Below the pieces are notes generated by a model, which was given only the letters and a program-made list of their open reading frames with translations, did not search any database and was not told the DNA's origin. 64,000 bases of DNA. It comes from Candidatus Omnitrophota bacterium. Lineage in GTDB: Bacteria > Omnitrophota > Gorgyraeia > Zapsychrales > Zapsychraceae. Where the stretch lies: contig JADFXQ010000004.1 in the NCBI GenBank assembly GCA_015233495.1, positions 1 through 64,000 of the forward strand, given 5' to 3'. Of the stretch, positions 10,301 to 19,790 are shown one piece after another. Each line of letters starts with the position of its first letter. Within the stretch, counting starts at the first letter, position 1. The position numbers and the translations under genes were made by a program.

Positions 10301-10732
10301 ATGCGAACAAATCTAGCAACGCATTTTTCGCCCAAGGGTTTCGCCGCGGCTTTGGCCTGTTTGATCGGGGCGAACATTTTTTCTTTTCGTCTTCCTATGC
10401 TGCCCCGGACCGCGTTTTCCGAAATTGTTTTTTTAGGCCCGGTTCTGTCGGGGGGGCGGTATGCTGGCGGCGAAGTCGCCTGGCCCGGAGCTGTCGATCG
10501 ACTGGCCGTAAATTCCGGCCGATATTTCTCGGCGAGCCGTTACGCGGCTCCTGCGAATTCGAAACCCGGGTCCCGTTTGCCGGCGGAGGGTAAGAGCCGA
10601 AAAATGATCATCAAAACGGTTTTTCCGCTTGCCGAGTCCGGAACGGTTTCCCCGGATCCCGGCCCTTTGCCGGAGCCGGTGGAAGTGAAGGTCGGCTCTT
10701 ATCAACCTTTAAAAATGGACGCGCCGCCATGA
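10301..10732 (+). CDS. Hypothetical membrane-anchored Pro-rich protein (possible short TonB-like)
   Basis: AAGGAG SD; N-terminal hydrophobic stretch; Pro-rich tail; sits after exbBD. Confidence 0.55.
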   Translation: MRTNLATHFSPKGFAAALACLIGANIFSFRLPMLPRTAFSEIVFLGPVLSGGRYAGGEVAWPGAVDRLAVNSGRYFSASRYAAPANSKPGSRLPAEGKSRKMIIKTVFPLAESGTVSPDPGPLPEPVEVKVGSYQPLKMDAPP

Positions 10733-10965
10733 TCACCATTGCTTTAGACATATTGGCAGCGGGGTTAATTTTTATCATGATCTTATTTGTGTTGGGGGAA
10801 ATATTCTTTTATAATTATCAAGAAAGTTCCGTCATTTCGCGCGGCACTTTGATCCAGCAATGCCCTTTTTGTTTGGTGATTTTTTATTGCTTTCGGGACA
10901 CGCAAATCGCGGTTTGTCCGCATTGCCAAAGTTATTTAGAAACCGGGGAGGGTAAGTATGCGTGA
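10729..10965 (+). CDS. Small membrane protein with CxxC..CxxC zinc ribbon
   Basis: ATGA overlap with upstream ORF; N-terminal TM; CPFC...CPHC. Confidence 0.7.
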   Translation: MITIALDILAAGLIFIMILFVLGEIFFYNYQESSVISRGTLIQQCPFCLVIFYCFRDTQIAVCPHCQSYLETGEGKYA

Positions 10966-11344
10966 GACACCCGCCTTGCGCCACAAAAATTCCAGCCGGA
11001 CCAATCGCCATCCTATCGCATCGGAAAAAGGGATGATTTTTGTTTTAGTGATTGTGATCTTGATGGTGATGATTGCTTTAGCCTTAACCATTTTAAGCTT
11101 GAATATCAGCCAGACATTGATCGCGGAAAATGAAATCAAGCGCGTGCAAGCGGAGATGATATCTTTAGGCGCTTTGAATTGGACTTTAGCCAATCATCCG
11201 GCAGGAGTCGACGGGGCTTTCGACTGCCTGCCTCCCCCGGGAACCATTATGGTGGGAACGGCGCAATATAAGGCCGTATGTGTTTTAACTAACGGAACCT
11301 TAACGATCACGGTTTGCCAATGGTCGGCGGGTGTCTGTATTTGA
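10958..11344 (+). CDS. PilX/GspK-like minor pilin
   Basis: SEKG|MIFVLVIVILMVMIALAL class III signal without Glu5; RVQAEMISLGAL helix; C-terminal Cys. Confidence 0.7.
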   Translation: MRETPALRHKNSSRTNRHPIASEKGMIFVLVIVILMVMIALALTILSLNISQTLIAENEIKRVQAEMISLGALNWTLANHPAGVDGAFDCLPPPGTIMVGTAQYKAVCVLTNGTLTITVCQWSAGVCI

Positions 11345-11514
11345 CGGCCGGCTTTCCGGTTTCGCTTATTTTTATCTCGCCCTTTGAAGCTTATTCTCAT
11401 CCGAAAAATAATCAGTCTCTCATTGACAAAGCCAGGCCGATATTGTCTAATATTTTATAAGGCGTGATATTTTTTTTCGTCGGTAAATGATCCAAAGACA
11501 AGGCGCTGTCCCTT

Positions 11515-13113
11515 ATGTCCGATAAATCATCCATCGGTGTTTTGTGGGGCCAAGACGGTCTGTATTTCGTCGAAAGTTTACAGCTCGACCTCAAACAGTC
11601 CTTTTTCATCCCTTGGTCGGTTGACAAGGCGGCTCCCGGCGAATTCGCTTATAAAAGCGATAAAGATTCTATGCGGATGATGGCTTTAAGCTCGACTGTG
11701 CAAAAAGAGATTCAGGCGCGGCACATCACGTTCACCGGGGTGGTTTTATCTTTGCCTTCGAAGGATATTATTTTTCGTTCTTTTGTCATCCCTTGGGTGC
11801 AGCATCAGGAAATCAAAGCCTTGATCGATTATGAAGCGGTGAAATATGTTCCTTTCCCGTTGAAGGATTTGACTTACGCGCATCACACGCTGGTCTTTTC
11901 GGAGAATAACGTCAAACGGATACGCGTCGTTTTTGTGGCGATCCAAAAGGAGACGCTGGAAAATTATTGTTCGGTCTTAGAACAAGCGGCCTTGAAGATC
12001 GATGTTGTTGAGCCGGAATCTTTGAGTTTGATTCGGATTCTTTTGTCCAAAGACATTATCAAGCCGGATCAGACCATCGCCATAATTGATATCCGCGACC
12101 AAAGCGGCAAGATTCTAATGGTGGATCAAGGCGTTCCGCTGTTTGTGCGGGAATTTAAAATCAACGCTGCTAAGGAAGATCCGTTTATCGGGACATCCGA
12201 TCCGGCCATTTCCGCCGGTTTGATCAATGAGGTGCGGATTTCTTTGGATTATTTTAACCGGCAACACGCGCATCTGCAAGTCAGCCGCGCTTTGTTGGTC
12301 GCCTCGCAAAATGAAGCGCAAACAATCACGTCGTTAAGCGCGGAATTGGGGATCGCTTGCGAAGGGATTGATCATAGCCGGTTGTTTAAAAATATCGAAA
12401 CTTTGAAAATGGATTTTTTGCCGGCTTATGGCGCGAGTCTGGTTCCGGAATCGACGATCGGCGAAGATCTGTTTTTCCGGGATCAGCGGGACAAAAGATC
12501 CCGGGCGCGTTTGGCGCAATATACTTTCAACCCGGCGACGCTAGGTTTGGCGACGATTATTCCTATCGCGCTTTTATGCGCCGCTTTGATTGCCGGCGCG
12601 TATTATTATTTGCATCAAGGACAGAGTCAGATTCACGGACAGATTCAGGAAATGAAGCAGAAGTTGGGCGCGGCTGCGGATCAGGAAGAATCGCAGATCA
12701 TGATGAAATCCGGTCAAAAGAAAAAGAAATTGCAAGATCTCCGGTCCGCGCGTTTAAAAAGCGAAATGTCCGTTTTTTTGCAGGTCGTATCCAAAATTTT
12801 GCCGCCAGGCGCGTGGTTGAAAACCTTGGATCTCGAATATGATAATAATCAGGAATTCGCTTTTAAGGCCGCGGCCGGTAAGAACGCCGCGGGCGCCAAA
12901 CCGCCCATAGCGGTTCCGAAGATCATGATGGAAGGATTCGCGTATTTGCCGAATACCAACGAACAATTTATCCTCGTGAACACGCTCTTGAAAAATATTA
13001 AAGAACACGCGGTTTTCAAAGGGGTTTTTTCCAAAATCAAATTAGAGTCGGTAAGCACGCAGATTCTCGACGCGTATAATGTCACTTCGTTTAAAATCAG
13101 ATGCGAGCCTTAA
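11515..13113 (+). CDS. Fused PilM-PilN (GspL-like) alignment protein
   Basis: N-terminal PilM-like (IIFRSFVIP, EAVKYVPF, NEVRISLDYF), then TM, coiled coil and PilN-like (LPPGAWLKTL...FKIRC). Confidence 0.8.
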   Translation: MSDKSSIGVLWGQDGLYFVESLQLDLKQSFFIPWSVDKAAPGEFAYKSDKDSMRMMALSSTVQKEIQARHITFTGVVLSLPSKDIIFRSFVIPWVQHQEIKALIDYEAVKYVPFPLKDLTYAHHTLVFSENNVKRIRVVFVAIQKETLENYCSVLEQAALKIDVVEPESLSLIRILLSKDIIKPDQTIAIIDIRDQSGKILMVDQGVPLFVREFKINAAKEDPFIGTSDPAISAGLINEVRISLDYFNRQHAHLQVSRALLVASQNEAQTITSLSAELGIACEGIDHSRLFKNIETLKMDFLPAYGASLVPESTIGEDLFFRDQRDKRSRARLAQYTFNPATLGLATIIPIALLCAALIAGAYYYLHQGQSQIHGQIQEMKQKLGAAADQEESQIMMKSGQKKKKLQDLRSARLKSEMSVFLQVVSKILPPGAWLKTLDLEYDNNQEFAFKAAAGKNAAGAKPPIAVPKIMMEGFAYLPNTNEQFILVNTLLKNIKEHAVFKGVFSKIKLESVSTQILDAYNVTSFKIRCEP

Positions 13114-13716
13114 ATGAATTTCGATGATTTGAAAAATTTTGATTGGCAGAGCTTGCAGAAAATCAGCCCGGAGGAAGTGGTATTTTTTTTGCAGAGCAAA
13201 CTTACTCTTTTTATAAATACCGGGATGATTTTGGTCACGCTCATTGTCTTAGGGGCCTTATGGAATAACGCCCGCGCTCAGCAAGCAGCGCTCCTGCGGC
13301 AGCTGATAGCGCTGAAGCAAAAAACGGAAACTGTGGCCGCGGGGAAAGCGGCAGCCAAAGAATACGCGGATTTTTTTGCCCAGCTTCCCAAACCGATTGA
13401 AAGCGATGAATTGCGCGATGTGCTTTCCCAATTAGCCGTGGAACGGCATATCCAAATTTTGGAGTTTACTCCCTTAGGGAACAAAGAGAACGAATCCATC
13501 AATCTTCTGCAAGTCCGGATGAACTTGGTGTCCGATACCTATAGAGACATGGTAGCATATATAAGGGCGATCGAAACATTGCCTTTTGCCGTGCGGGTGG
13601 ATAAATGGTCCGGACGGACAAAGGACGCGCGATTTCAAGGCGAAGTGAATAGCCTCGCGGAAGTGCCCATTCAGGCTACGGTGGAAATTGGATTGGTGGT
13701 ATTAAAAAATGGTTAA
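13114..13716 (+). CDS. pilO: PilO-like protein
   Basis: TM plus coiled coil; LP...LSQLAVERHIQILEFTP; YRDMVAYIRAIETLP; operon position. Confidence 0.75.
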   Translation: MNFDDLKNFDWQSLQKISPEEVVFFLQSKLTLFINTGMILVTLIVLGALWNNARAQQAALLRQLIALKQKTETVAAGKAAAKEYADFFAQLPKPIESDELRDVLSQLAVERHIQILEFTPLGNKENESINLLQVRMNLVSDTYRDMVAYIRAIETLPFAVRVDKWSGRTKDARFQGEVNSLAEVPIQATVEIGLVVLKNG

Positions 13717-14125
13717 AAAAATTTTTATCTTCATTTTTTTGGGATTGGGTTTGTGGAACAGCTCTTTGGGATGGGCGCAACCCGCTTTGGATACTCCGGA
13801 ACGCAATCCGTTTGAACCCCAACTGCCGCGGGCGGACAAAAAGCCAAACTCTTTGCCAGAAAAACTAAAACCGTCTTCTGTCAAACAACCGCCGGTGGTG
13901 TTGAAGCCTGCGCCGTCCGTTTCGTCCGCAAAACCGGCGGAGGCGCCGAAAATGCCCCAGTTGCTAATTACGGGTTTGGTATGGAATTCCGACCGGCCTC
14001 AGGCAATTGTCAACGGCCAGGTCGTGGATGTCGGAGATAAAATTGAAACCGTTCAAATTGTCGCCATTAATCAACAAGGTTTGGAAGTTAACTTTATGGG
14101 AAACCGCGTGCCGATAAAGATGTGA
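13709..14125 (+). CDS. PilP-like periplasmic protein
   Basis: Signal peptide, RNPFEP motif, ITGLVWNSDRPQAIVNGQVVDVGD beta domain. Confidence 0.7.
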   Translation: MVKKIFIFIFLGLGLWNSSLGWAQPALDTPERNPFEPQLPRADKKPNSLPEKLKPSSVKQPPVVLKPAPSVSSAKPAEAPKMPQLLITGLVWNSDRPQAIVNGQVVDVGDKIETVQIVAINQQGLEVNFMGNRVPIKM

Positions 14126-14149
14126 AGGGAAACCATTAAAGGAGTGTCA

Positions 14150-15613
14150 ATGCGCCTTAAAAATTATTTATTTTTTGCCGGAGTTTTAGTCTGGGCGGTT
14201 TTATCAGCGAGTCGAAGTTTTGCCTTGGACATTGACACGTCCAGTCCTTTCGCGGATAAAGGCGTTTTCGCGGATAAGCGCATCTCCATGGATTTTAAAG
14301 GCGCGGTTTTGAATGATATCCTGAAAATTTTTTCCCAGCAGTCGGGCTTGAATTTTATCGCCGGGGAAGGCGTGGCCGACGTTAAATTGGATCTCTATTT
14401 GGACAAAGTGCCTTTGCAAGAGGCTTTGGAAAGAGTTTTAGCGGTGAACAGTCTGAGCTATGAGATGAAAGAGGGGAGCAATATTTTTGTGGTCAATAAA
14501 ATGGCCAAGTCCGACCAGATATTGATGACCCGATTTTATCCGTTAAAATACGCGACGGTTTCAAAATCAAAATTAAATTCCACCCTGGCCAGCGCGGCGG
14601 GCGGCGGCGGGGGAGGCAAACCGGGAATTGTTCTTGTGAAGGGGAAAATTTCTGAGGATGTGCGCACCAACAGTCTGATTGTTTCCGATATCCCGCAGCA
14701 GTTTCCCATGATCGAGGACACGATTGCCCGTTTGGATGTGCGTGTGCCGCTGATCATGATTGAAGTGGAGATGATCGATGTTTCCAAAGGCACCGCGGAT
14801 AAACTCGGCGCCGCGTGGGGCTCCGATTTTTTTACCTTTACCGGGCCGAGCAAAACGACTATATTCCCTTTTAATGTTAACAATAAAAGGGGTATTACCA
14901 CCACTCCGAATTACGCGAACGGCATGATGGATTTCACGAGTTTGACATTTACGATGCAATTTATTAAACCCCAGACTGATTCCAAAAGTTTAGCCCGGCC
15001 GCGGATCTTAACTTTGAATAATGAAACCGCGAAGATTTCGATTAAGACAAATGAGGCGATTGGCGAGGCGAGCACTTCGTCTTCAACGGGGACGGCCGGA
15101 AGTACCAATGTTGCAGCTGCGGAAAGGGTTGACACGGGAGTATTTCTAGATGTTACGCCGCAGGTTAATCTGGAAACCAATGAGATCACGTTAGCGGTTC
15201 AGCCGAAAGTAATCGAAGCCAAGGCAGGAACAGTTGTTTCTTCGGCAAATAAACAACCGTTCCGTGACGCGGAAGAACGGGGCGTGCAATCCATTCTGCG
15301 CGTCAATGACGGGGATACTGTGGTCATTGGCGGGCTCTTGCGCTCGGACAACAGTAAAACCGTGTCCAAAGTTCCATTCTTGAGCAGTATCCCGCTGCTG
15401 GGCGCGGCTTTTCGACACGACGATGCTTCTGACCGGCAGCGGGAATTACTGATCTTTTTAACGCCGCGCGTGGTTAAGGAAGATTTTTCCGGAGATCTCT
15501 CGAATCGGCCGGACCAAAAAATAATTCGGGAACAGGGCGAAACACCCGTTGATGCGCGCCGGGAAAAGCAAATTGATCAAGAACTTACCTCTTTTGAAAA
15601 GCAAGGGCTATAA
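14150..15613 (+). CDS. pilQ: Secretin (PilQ/GspD family)
   Basis: ISMDFKGA N0, DVRTNSLIV N3, PRILTLNNETA, DGDTVVIGGL, KVPFLSSIPLLG..F, ELLIFLTPRVV. Confidence 0.93.
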   Translation: MRLKNYLFFAGVLVWAVLSASRSFALDIDTSSPFADKGVFADKRISMDFKGAVLNDILKIFSQQSGLNFIAGEGVADVKLDLYLDKVPLQEALERVLAVNSLSYEMKEGSNIFVVNKMAKSDQILMTRFYPLKYATVSKSKLNSTLASAAGGGGGGKPGIVLVKGKISEDVRTNSLIVSDIPQQFPMIEDTIARLDVRVPLIMIEVEMIDVSKGTADKLGAAWGSDFFTFTGPSKTTIFPFNVNNKRGITTTPNYANGMMDFTSLTFTMQFIKPQTDSKSLARPRILTLNNETAKISIKTNEAIGEASTSSSTGTAGSTNVAAAERVDTGVFLDVTPQVNLETNEITLAVQPKVIEAKAGTVVSSANKQPFRDAEERGVQSILRVNDGDTVVIGGLLRSDNSKTVSKVPFLSSIPLLGAAFRHDDASDRQRELLIFLTPRVVKEDFSGDLSNRPDQKIIREQGETPVDARREKQIDQELTSFEKQGL

Positions 15614-15616
15614 TCT

Positions 15617-17356
15617 ATGGCGCGTTTGAGGCTGGGTGAGATTTTAATTAAACAGGGCCTGATCACGGATAAACAGCTGCAAAGCGCGATTGAAGCCCAG
15701 AAAGCGCAAAAGGGCCGCATCGGCGAGATTTTTGTCAAGCTGGGTTTTATTACCGAAGAGGACATGATATCCGCTTTAGGCACTCAGTTAGGCATCCCGT
15801 ATTATTCTTCCGAAAATCCTGAATTATTAAGACCGCAAAAAGATCAAGACTTAGACCGGCTGGTCTCCAGTGATTTTGCCAAAAAAAACAATATCCTGCC
15901 TTTGTCGCGCCATATGAATTCTTTGACCTGCGCGTTGAACGATCCTTTGGATTTGCTTTTGTTGGATAACCTTCGCCGGATCACGGGTTGTGAGATCAAT
16001 CCGGTGATCGCGCCGGTCACTGCCTTGCAAAAATCCATAACCGAATTTTATTTTCGGGACAAGGGCGACGGCAAGGCTTCGATGCTGGATAAGGCGGTGG
16101 AAAGTTCCTATTCCGACCGGGGATCTTCGTCGGAAGCGGTGGCTTCTTCGTCGCAGGATTCCGCCACCGCGGAATTGAGCTTGGATAAGCTGATTGAAAA
16201 AGCCGGCGAGGCGCCGGTCATCAAATTAGTGGACCTGATTATCCGCCAGGCGATCGATGAGCACGCCAGCGACATCCACATTGAGCCGTTTAGCGGGAAA
16301 ATCACTTTGCGTTACCGCATCGACGGCAAATTGTTCAACATTCCGCCGCCGGCTCCTCATTTGCATTTGCCGATTGTCTCGCGCATTAAAATTCTGGCAA
16401 AATTGGATATCGCGGAAAAACGTTTGCCGCAAGACGGGGCCATTGCCGCGAAGCTGGAAAACCGCACCGTGGATATCCGCGTGTCTACCGTCCCTACCGT
16501 GTGGGGTGAAAAAGTGGTTATGCGTATTTTGGATAAAGACGCGGTGCCGTTGGACCTCACCCGTCTGGGATTTGATCAAAAACAAATTGAGATGATCCGT
16601 AAGGCGGTGTCGTTGCCTTATGGTCTTTTATTTATCACCGGACCCACCGGAAGCGGGAAATCCACCACTTTGTATTCCACCTTGAATGAGGCGATTGACC
16701 CAACGGTGAATGTGGTGACGGTCGAGGACCCGGTGGAATACAAAATCGACGGCATCAATCAGGTTTCGGTTAAATCGGAAATCGGCTTGACTTTTGCCAC
16801 CGCGTTAAAAGCGTTTTTGCGCCAAGATCCAGACGTGATCATGGTCGGCGAAACCCGCGATCTGGAAACCGCGTCGATTTGCGTGCGCGCCGCTTTGACC
16901 GGGCATTTTGTGTTAAGCACTTTGCACACCAATGACGCCGCTTCCGCGGTAACCCGGTTGATTGACATTGGCATCCAGCCGTATTTATTGACACCTTCCT
17001 TGGTGGCAATCGTGGCCCAGCGTTTGGCGCGGAAATTATGCCCAAAGTGCAAGGAGCCGTATGAACCGACGCCGGATCAGCACGGAGGCATAACTTTTAA
17101 AAGTGATTTGATTTACCGCGCCAAGGGTTGTGAGGCTTGTAACAGCGTTGGCTATAAGGGACGCGTGGTGGTCGCGGAAGTCCTCGTGGTCGATGAACAG
17201 GTCCGCGCCTTGATTTCCCGCAATGCCACCTTCACAGAAATCAAAGATTGCGCGCGGAAAAACGGCATGGCCACGATTTTTGAGTCCGGGATCAAAAAAG
17301 TGGAAGAAGGCATCACCAGTTATGAAGAAGTTTGCCGGATCAGCGTTGACACCTAG
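15617..17356 (+). CDS. pilB: Pilus assembly ATPase PilB/GspE with N-terminal MshEN domain
   Basis: Tandem RLGEILIKQGLI...Q / RIGEIFVKLGFI...Q; ASDIHIEP; GPTGSGKST; LRQDPDVIMVGE; CPKC..CEAC. Confidence 0.95.
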   Translation: MARLRLGEILIKQGLITDKQLQSAIEAQKAQKGRIGEIFVKLGFITEEDMISALGTQLGIPYYSSENPELLRPQKDQDLDRLVSSDFAKKNNILPLSRHMNSLTCALNDPLDLLLLDNLRRITGCEINPVIAPVTALQKSITEFYFRDKGDGKASMLDKAVESSYSDRGSSSEAVASSSQDSATAELSLDKLIEKAGEAPVIKLVDLIIRQAIDEHASDIHIEPFSGKITLRYRIDGKLFNIPPPAPHLHLPIVSRIKILAKLDIAEKRLPQDGAIAAKLENRTVDIRVSTVPTVWGEKVVMRILDKDAVPLDLTRLGFDQKQIEMIRKAVSLPYGLLFITGPTGSGKSTTLYSTLNEAIDPTVNVVTVEDPVEYKIDGINQVSVKSEIGLTFATALKAFLRQDPDVIMVGETRDLETASICVRAALTGHFVLSTLHTNDAASAVTRLIDIGIQPYLLTPSLVAIVAQRLARKLCPKCKEPYEPTPDQHGGITFKSDLIYRAKGCEACNSVGYKGRVVVAEVLVVDEQVRALISRNATFTEIKDCARKNGMATIFESGIKKVEEGITSYEEVCRISVDT

Positions 17357-17366
17357 CACATTATTT

Positions 17367-17399
17367 CCTCCCCCTTTTGGGGAGGGCAGGGAGGGGAAG
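17367..17399. repeat. GC-rich REP-like palindromic element
   Basis: CCTCCCC-CTTTT-GGGGAGG hairpin followed by GCAGGGAGGGG in the pilB-pilC gap. Confidence 0.4.
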
Positions 17400-17400
17400 C

Positions 17401-18636
17401 GTGCCAAAATTTTCTTACATCGTTAAAGACCGCGACGGCAAAACCATTAAAGATGTGGTCACGGAAAACAGCCAAGAGCAGGTTGTCGCCAAATTGCAAA
17501 AAGAAGGCTATTTCATCATCAGCGTCAAAGAATTGGTCGCGATGAAAGCCGGCGCCAAGTCCGCCAAGAAAAATGTCCGCAAATACACGCACATGGGAAC
17601 CAAATTGGAAGACATGGTTTCTTTTGCCCGGCAATTGGCAACCATGCTCGAATCCGGCGTGCCGCTGATCCGCAGCATCAATGTCATCCAGTCGCAGGTT
17701 GAATGCAAAGAGTTGGCCTTAGTTTTGACAGACGTGAAAGACCGGGTTGAAAATGGCGCGTCCTTAAGCCAGGCGATCGCCAAACATCCCAAAGTGTTCA
17801 ACACGTTTTGGGTGAGTCTGATCGAAGTGGGAGAAGCTTCGGGTACTATACCGGTGGTTCTGGGCAAATTGACTTTTTATATGGAACAACAAGCGCATTT
17901 CAATTCCACGATCATCTCCGGCATGATTTATCCCGGGGTTTTGTTTTGCGTGTGTATGGGCGCGGTCGCGTTTTTCGCTTTATTTGTCGGCCCGCGGTTT
18001 GAGGCGATTTTTACCACAATGCACGCCGAACTGCCCGCTTTCACGGTGCTGGTGCTGGGTATTTTTAAATTCGTTAAAGCCAATTTTTTACTGCTGATCG
18101 CCGGCACAGTCGGCGGGGTTTGGTCGTTTTTGCAGTTTATTAAGACGTATCATGGCCGGACGATGTGGGAACAATTTTTATTCAATGCGCCGGTAGTGGG
18201 CGGGGTTTACCGTTTGATCATTGTCGAACGTTTTACCGGGCAAATGGCGATTTTGATTGACGCGGGCGTGCCCATTCTTTACGCTTTGGATATTGCCGAA
18301 CGTTTAGTGGATAATAACACCTGCGCCTTGATTGTTAATGACATTAAGGAAGCGGTGCGGGAAGGCGAGCTTTTGGTCGCGCCGATGGAACGCAGCGGTT
18401 TTTTTCCCGGCATGGCGGTGCAGATGATCATGGTTGGTGAAGAAACCGGGGAATTGGGAAAAATGCTCAAGCATGTGGCCACCTATTATCAGGAGCAAGT
18501 GGAAACTTACATGAAACGTTTTTCCACGATTATTGAACCGTTTATGCTGGTTTTTATGGGCGCGATGATCGGCACCATTGTTTTAGCCATGTTTTTGCCA
18601 ATGTTCAATTTGTCGCAAATCAATACCGGCGCGTAG
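17401..18636 (+). CDS. pilC: Platform protein PilC/GspF
   Basis: GTG start; FARQLATMLESGVPL, GEASG, MIYP, MIMVGEETGELGKML, IEP...AMFLPMF. Confidence 0.95.
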   Translation: MPKFSYIVKDRDGKTIKDVVTENSQEQVVAKLQKEGYFIISVKELVAMKAGAKSAKKNVRKYTHMGTKLEDMVSFARQLATMLESGVPLIRSINVIQSQVECKELALVLTDVKDRVENGASLSQAIAKHPKVFNTFWVSLIEVGEASGTIPVVLGKLTFYMEQQAHFNSTIISGMIYPGVLFCVCMGAVAFFALFVGPRFEAIFTTMHAELPAFTVLVLGIFKFVKANFLLLIAGTVGGVWSFLQFIKTYHGRTMWEQFLFNAPVVGGVYRLIIVERFTGQMAILIDAGVPILYALDIAERLVDNNTCALIVNDIKEAVREGELLVAPMERSGFFPGMAVQMIMVGEETGELGKMLKHVATYYQEQVETYMKRFSTIIEPFMLVFMGAMIGTIVLAMFLPMFNLSQINTGA

Positions 18637-18665
18637 ATATATGGTCCAAAAAACTAAACCTTATT

Positions 18666-18694
18666 TTGACAACCCTTCTTAAGGGTGATATCCT
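18666..18694 (+). promoter_or_regulatory. sigma70 promoter of the major pilin
   Basis: TTGACA-N17-TATCCT, embedded in inverted repeats. Confidence 0.65.
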
Positions 18695-18874
18695 TAAAGT
18701 AGGATGAAATGTCAAGAATAAGGGAGGCCGACGCGGTTGGACAGATACGATCGCGTTGATTTCGGCCGGCGGGAGGAAAAAAGATACTACGCCCAATAGT
18801 AGTAATTAAGGAATCCCGTTAGAAAATGCAATTTAAAAGCGGCAGCGCTTTTAAAAACGAATTAAGGAGAACCA

Positions 18875-19315
18875 ATGAAGAACAACAAAAAAGGTTTTAC
18901 GTTATTGGAAATCATCATTGTTATCATCATCGTCGGTGTTTTAGCGAGCGTGGCTTTGCCGAAATTGACGTCCAACATTGAATTCGCGAAATCCGCGGAA
19001 GCTTTGAACGCGATCGGCGTTCTCAAAAGAGGGTTGGAGTCTTGTTCAGTTATGGGCGGCACCGTTGATTGGACAAAATGCACGGCATTAAGCGATATTG
19101 GGATTACGTATAACCCTTATGTGGTTGGGAATTTTGCGCTTTGCTTGGTTACGGATACGGCCATTGCCGCAACCGGTGGTCGTTATATCGTAGAAGCGTA
19201 CAAAAGCGGCACTTGTGCTGGCGCGGATGCGATTTTTATGACCGTGACTGCGGCCGCGGACGGCTCAACCATTGTTACCAAAAGCGGTATTGGGAATTTT
19301 ACGCGTATTAAATAA
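18875..19315 (+). CDS. Type IV pilin, probable major pilin
   Basis: KKG|FTLLEIIIVIIIVGVLASVALP; strong TAAGGAG SD; own promoter and terminator. Confidence 0.9.
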   Translation: MKNNKKGFTLLEIIIVIIIVGVLASVALPKLTSNIEFAKSAEALNAIGVLKRGLESCSVMGGTVDWTKCTALSDIGITYNPYVVGNFALCLVTDTAIAATGGRYIVEAYKSGTCAGADAIFMTVTAAADGSTIVTKSGIGNFTRIK

Positions 19316-19331
19316 GACAGTTTTGGATGAT

Positions 19332-19369
19332 AATAAAGGGCACACGGTATTCCGTGTGCCCTTTATTTT
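19332..19369 (+). terminator. Rho-independent (probably bidirectional) terminator
   Basis: Perfect 16-bp stem AATAAAGGGCACACGG-TATT-CCGTGTGCCCTTTATT with T tail. Confidence 0.85.
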
Positions 19370-19382
19370 CGATAGGATTGCT

Positions 19383-19790
19383 ATGCGCGCTTTTTCTAAA
19401 ATCCCCGGATTTACGCTGTTAGAAATTATTGTGGTTATTATGCTTATCGGGCTTTTAGCCACCGTGGCGATACCGAATTTGTTAAATCACGTTGAGCGTT
19501 CAAAATATAGCGAAGGGGCGCGGCTCTTATCAGCAGTGCGCGACGCGCAAATCGCCTATGAATATGAAAACGGAGCTTACGCGAACAATCTCGCCAACCT
19601 CGACGTTGCGGTAGCAAATGTCAAAAACTTCTTCCTCCCGGTAGCCCGCGATACAGATCCGGTAGCGCAAATTACCCGTTTAAATAATCGGTATACTTTA
19701 TCGATTTATGTTAATGGAGCTGTGACCTGTGCCGGCGTTGATTGCGCGCTGGTGGGGTGTCATTTAGGCGGGGGAAATCAATGCAACTAA
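19383..19790 (+). CDS. Type IV pilin (PilE-like minor pilin)
   Basis: IPG|FTLLEIIVVIMLIGLLATVAIP; AQIAYEYENGAY; Cys-rich C-terminus. Confidence 0.9.
   Translation: MRAFSKIPGFTLLEIIVVIMLIGLLATVAIPNLLNHVERSKYSEGARLLSAVRDAQIAYEYENGAYANNLANLDVAVANVKNFFLPVARDTDPVAQITRLNNRYTLSIYVNGAVTCAGVDCALVGCHLGGGNQCN

Noticed and set aside
14590..14660. Secretin N3 region looks slightly short after the poly-Gly linker
   Set aside because: Cannot be judged without an alignment; the frame is intact
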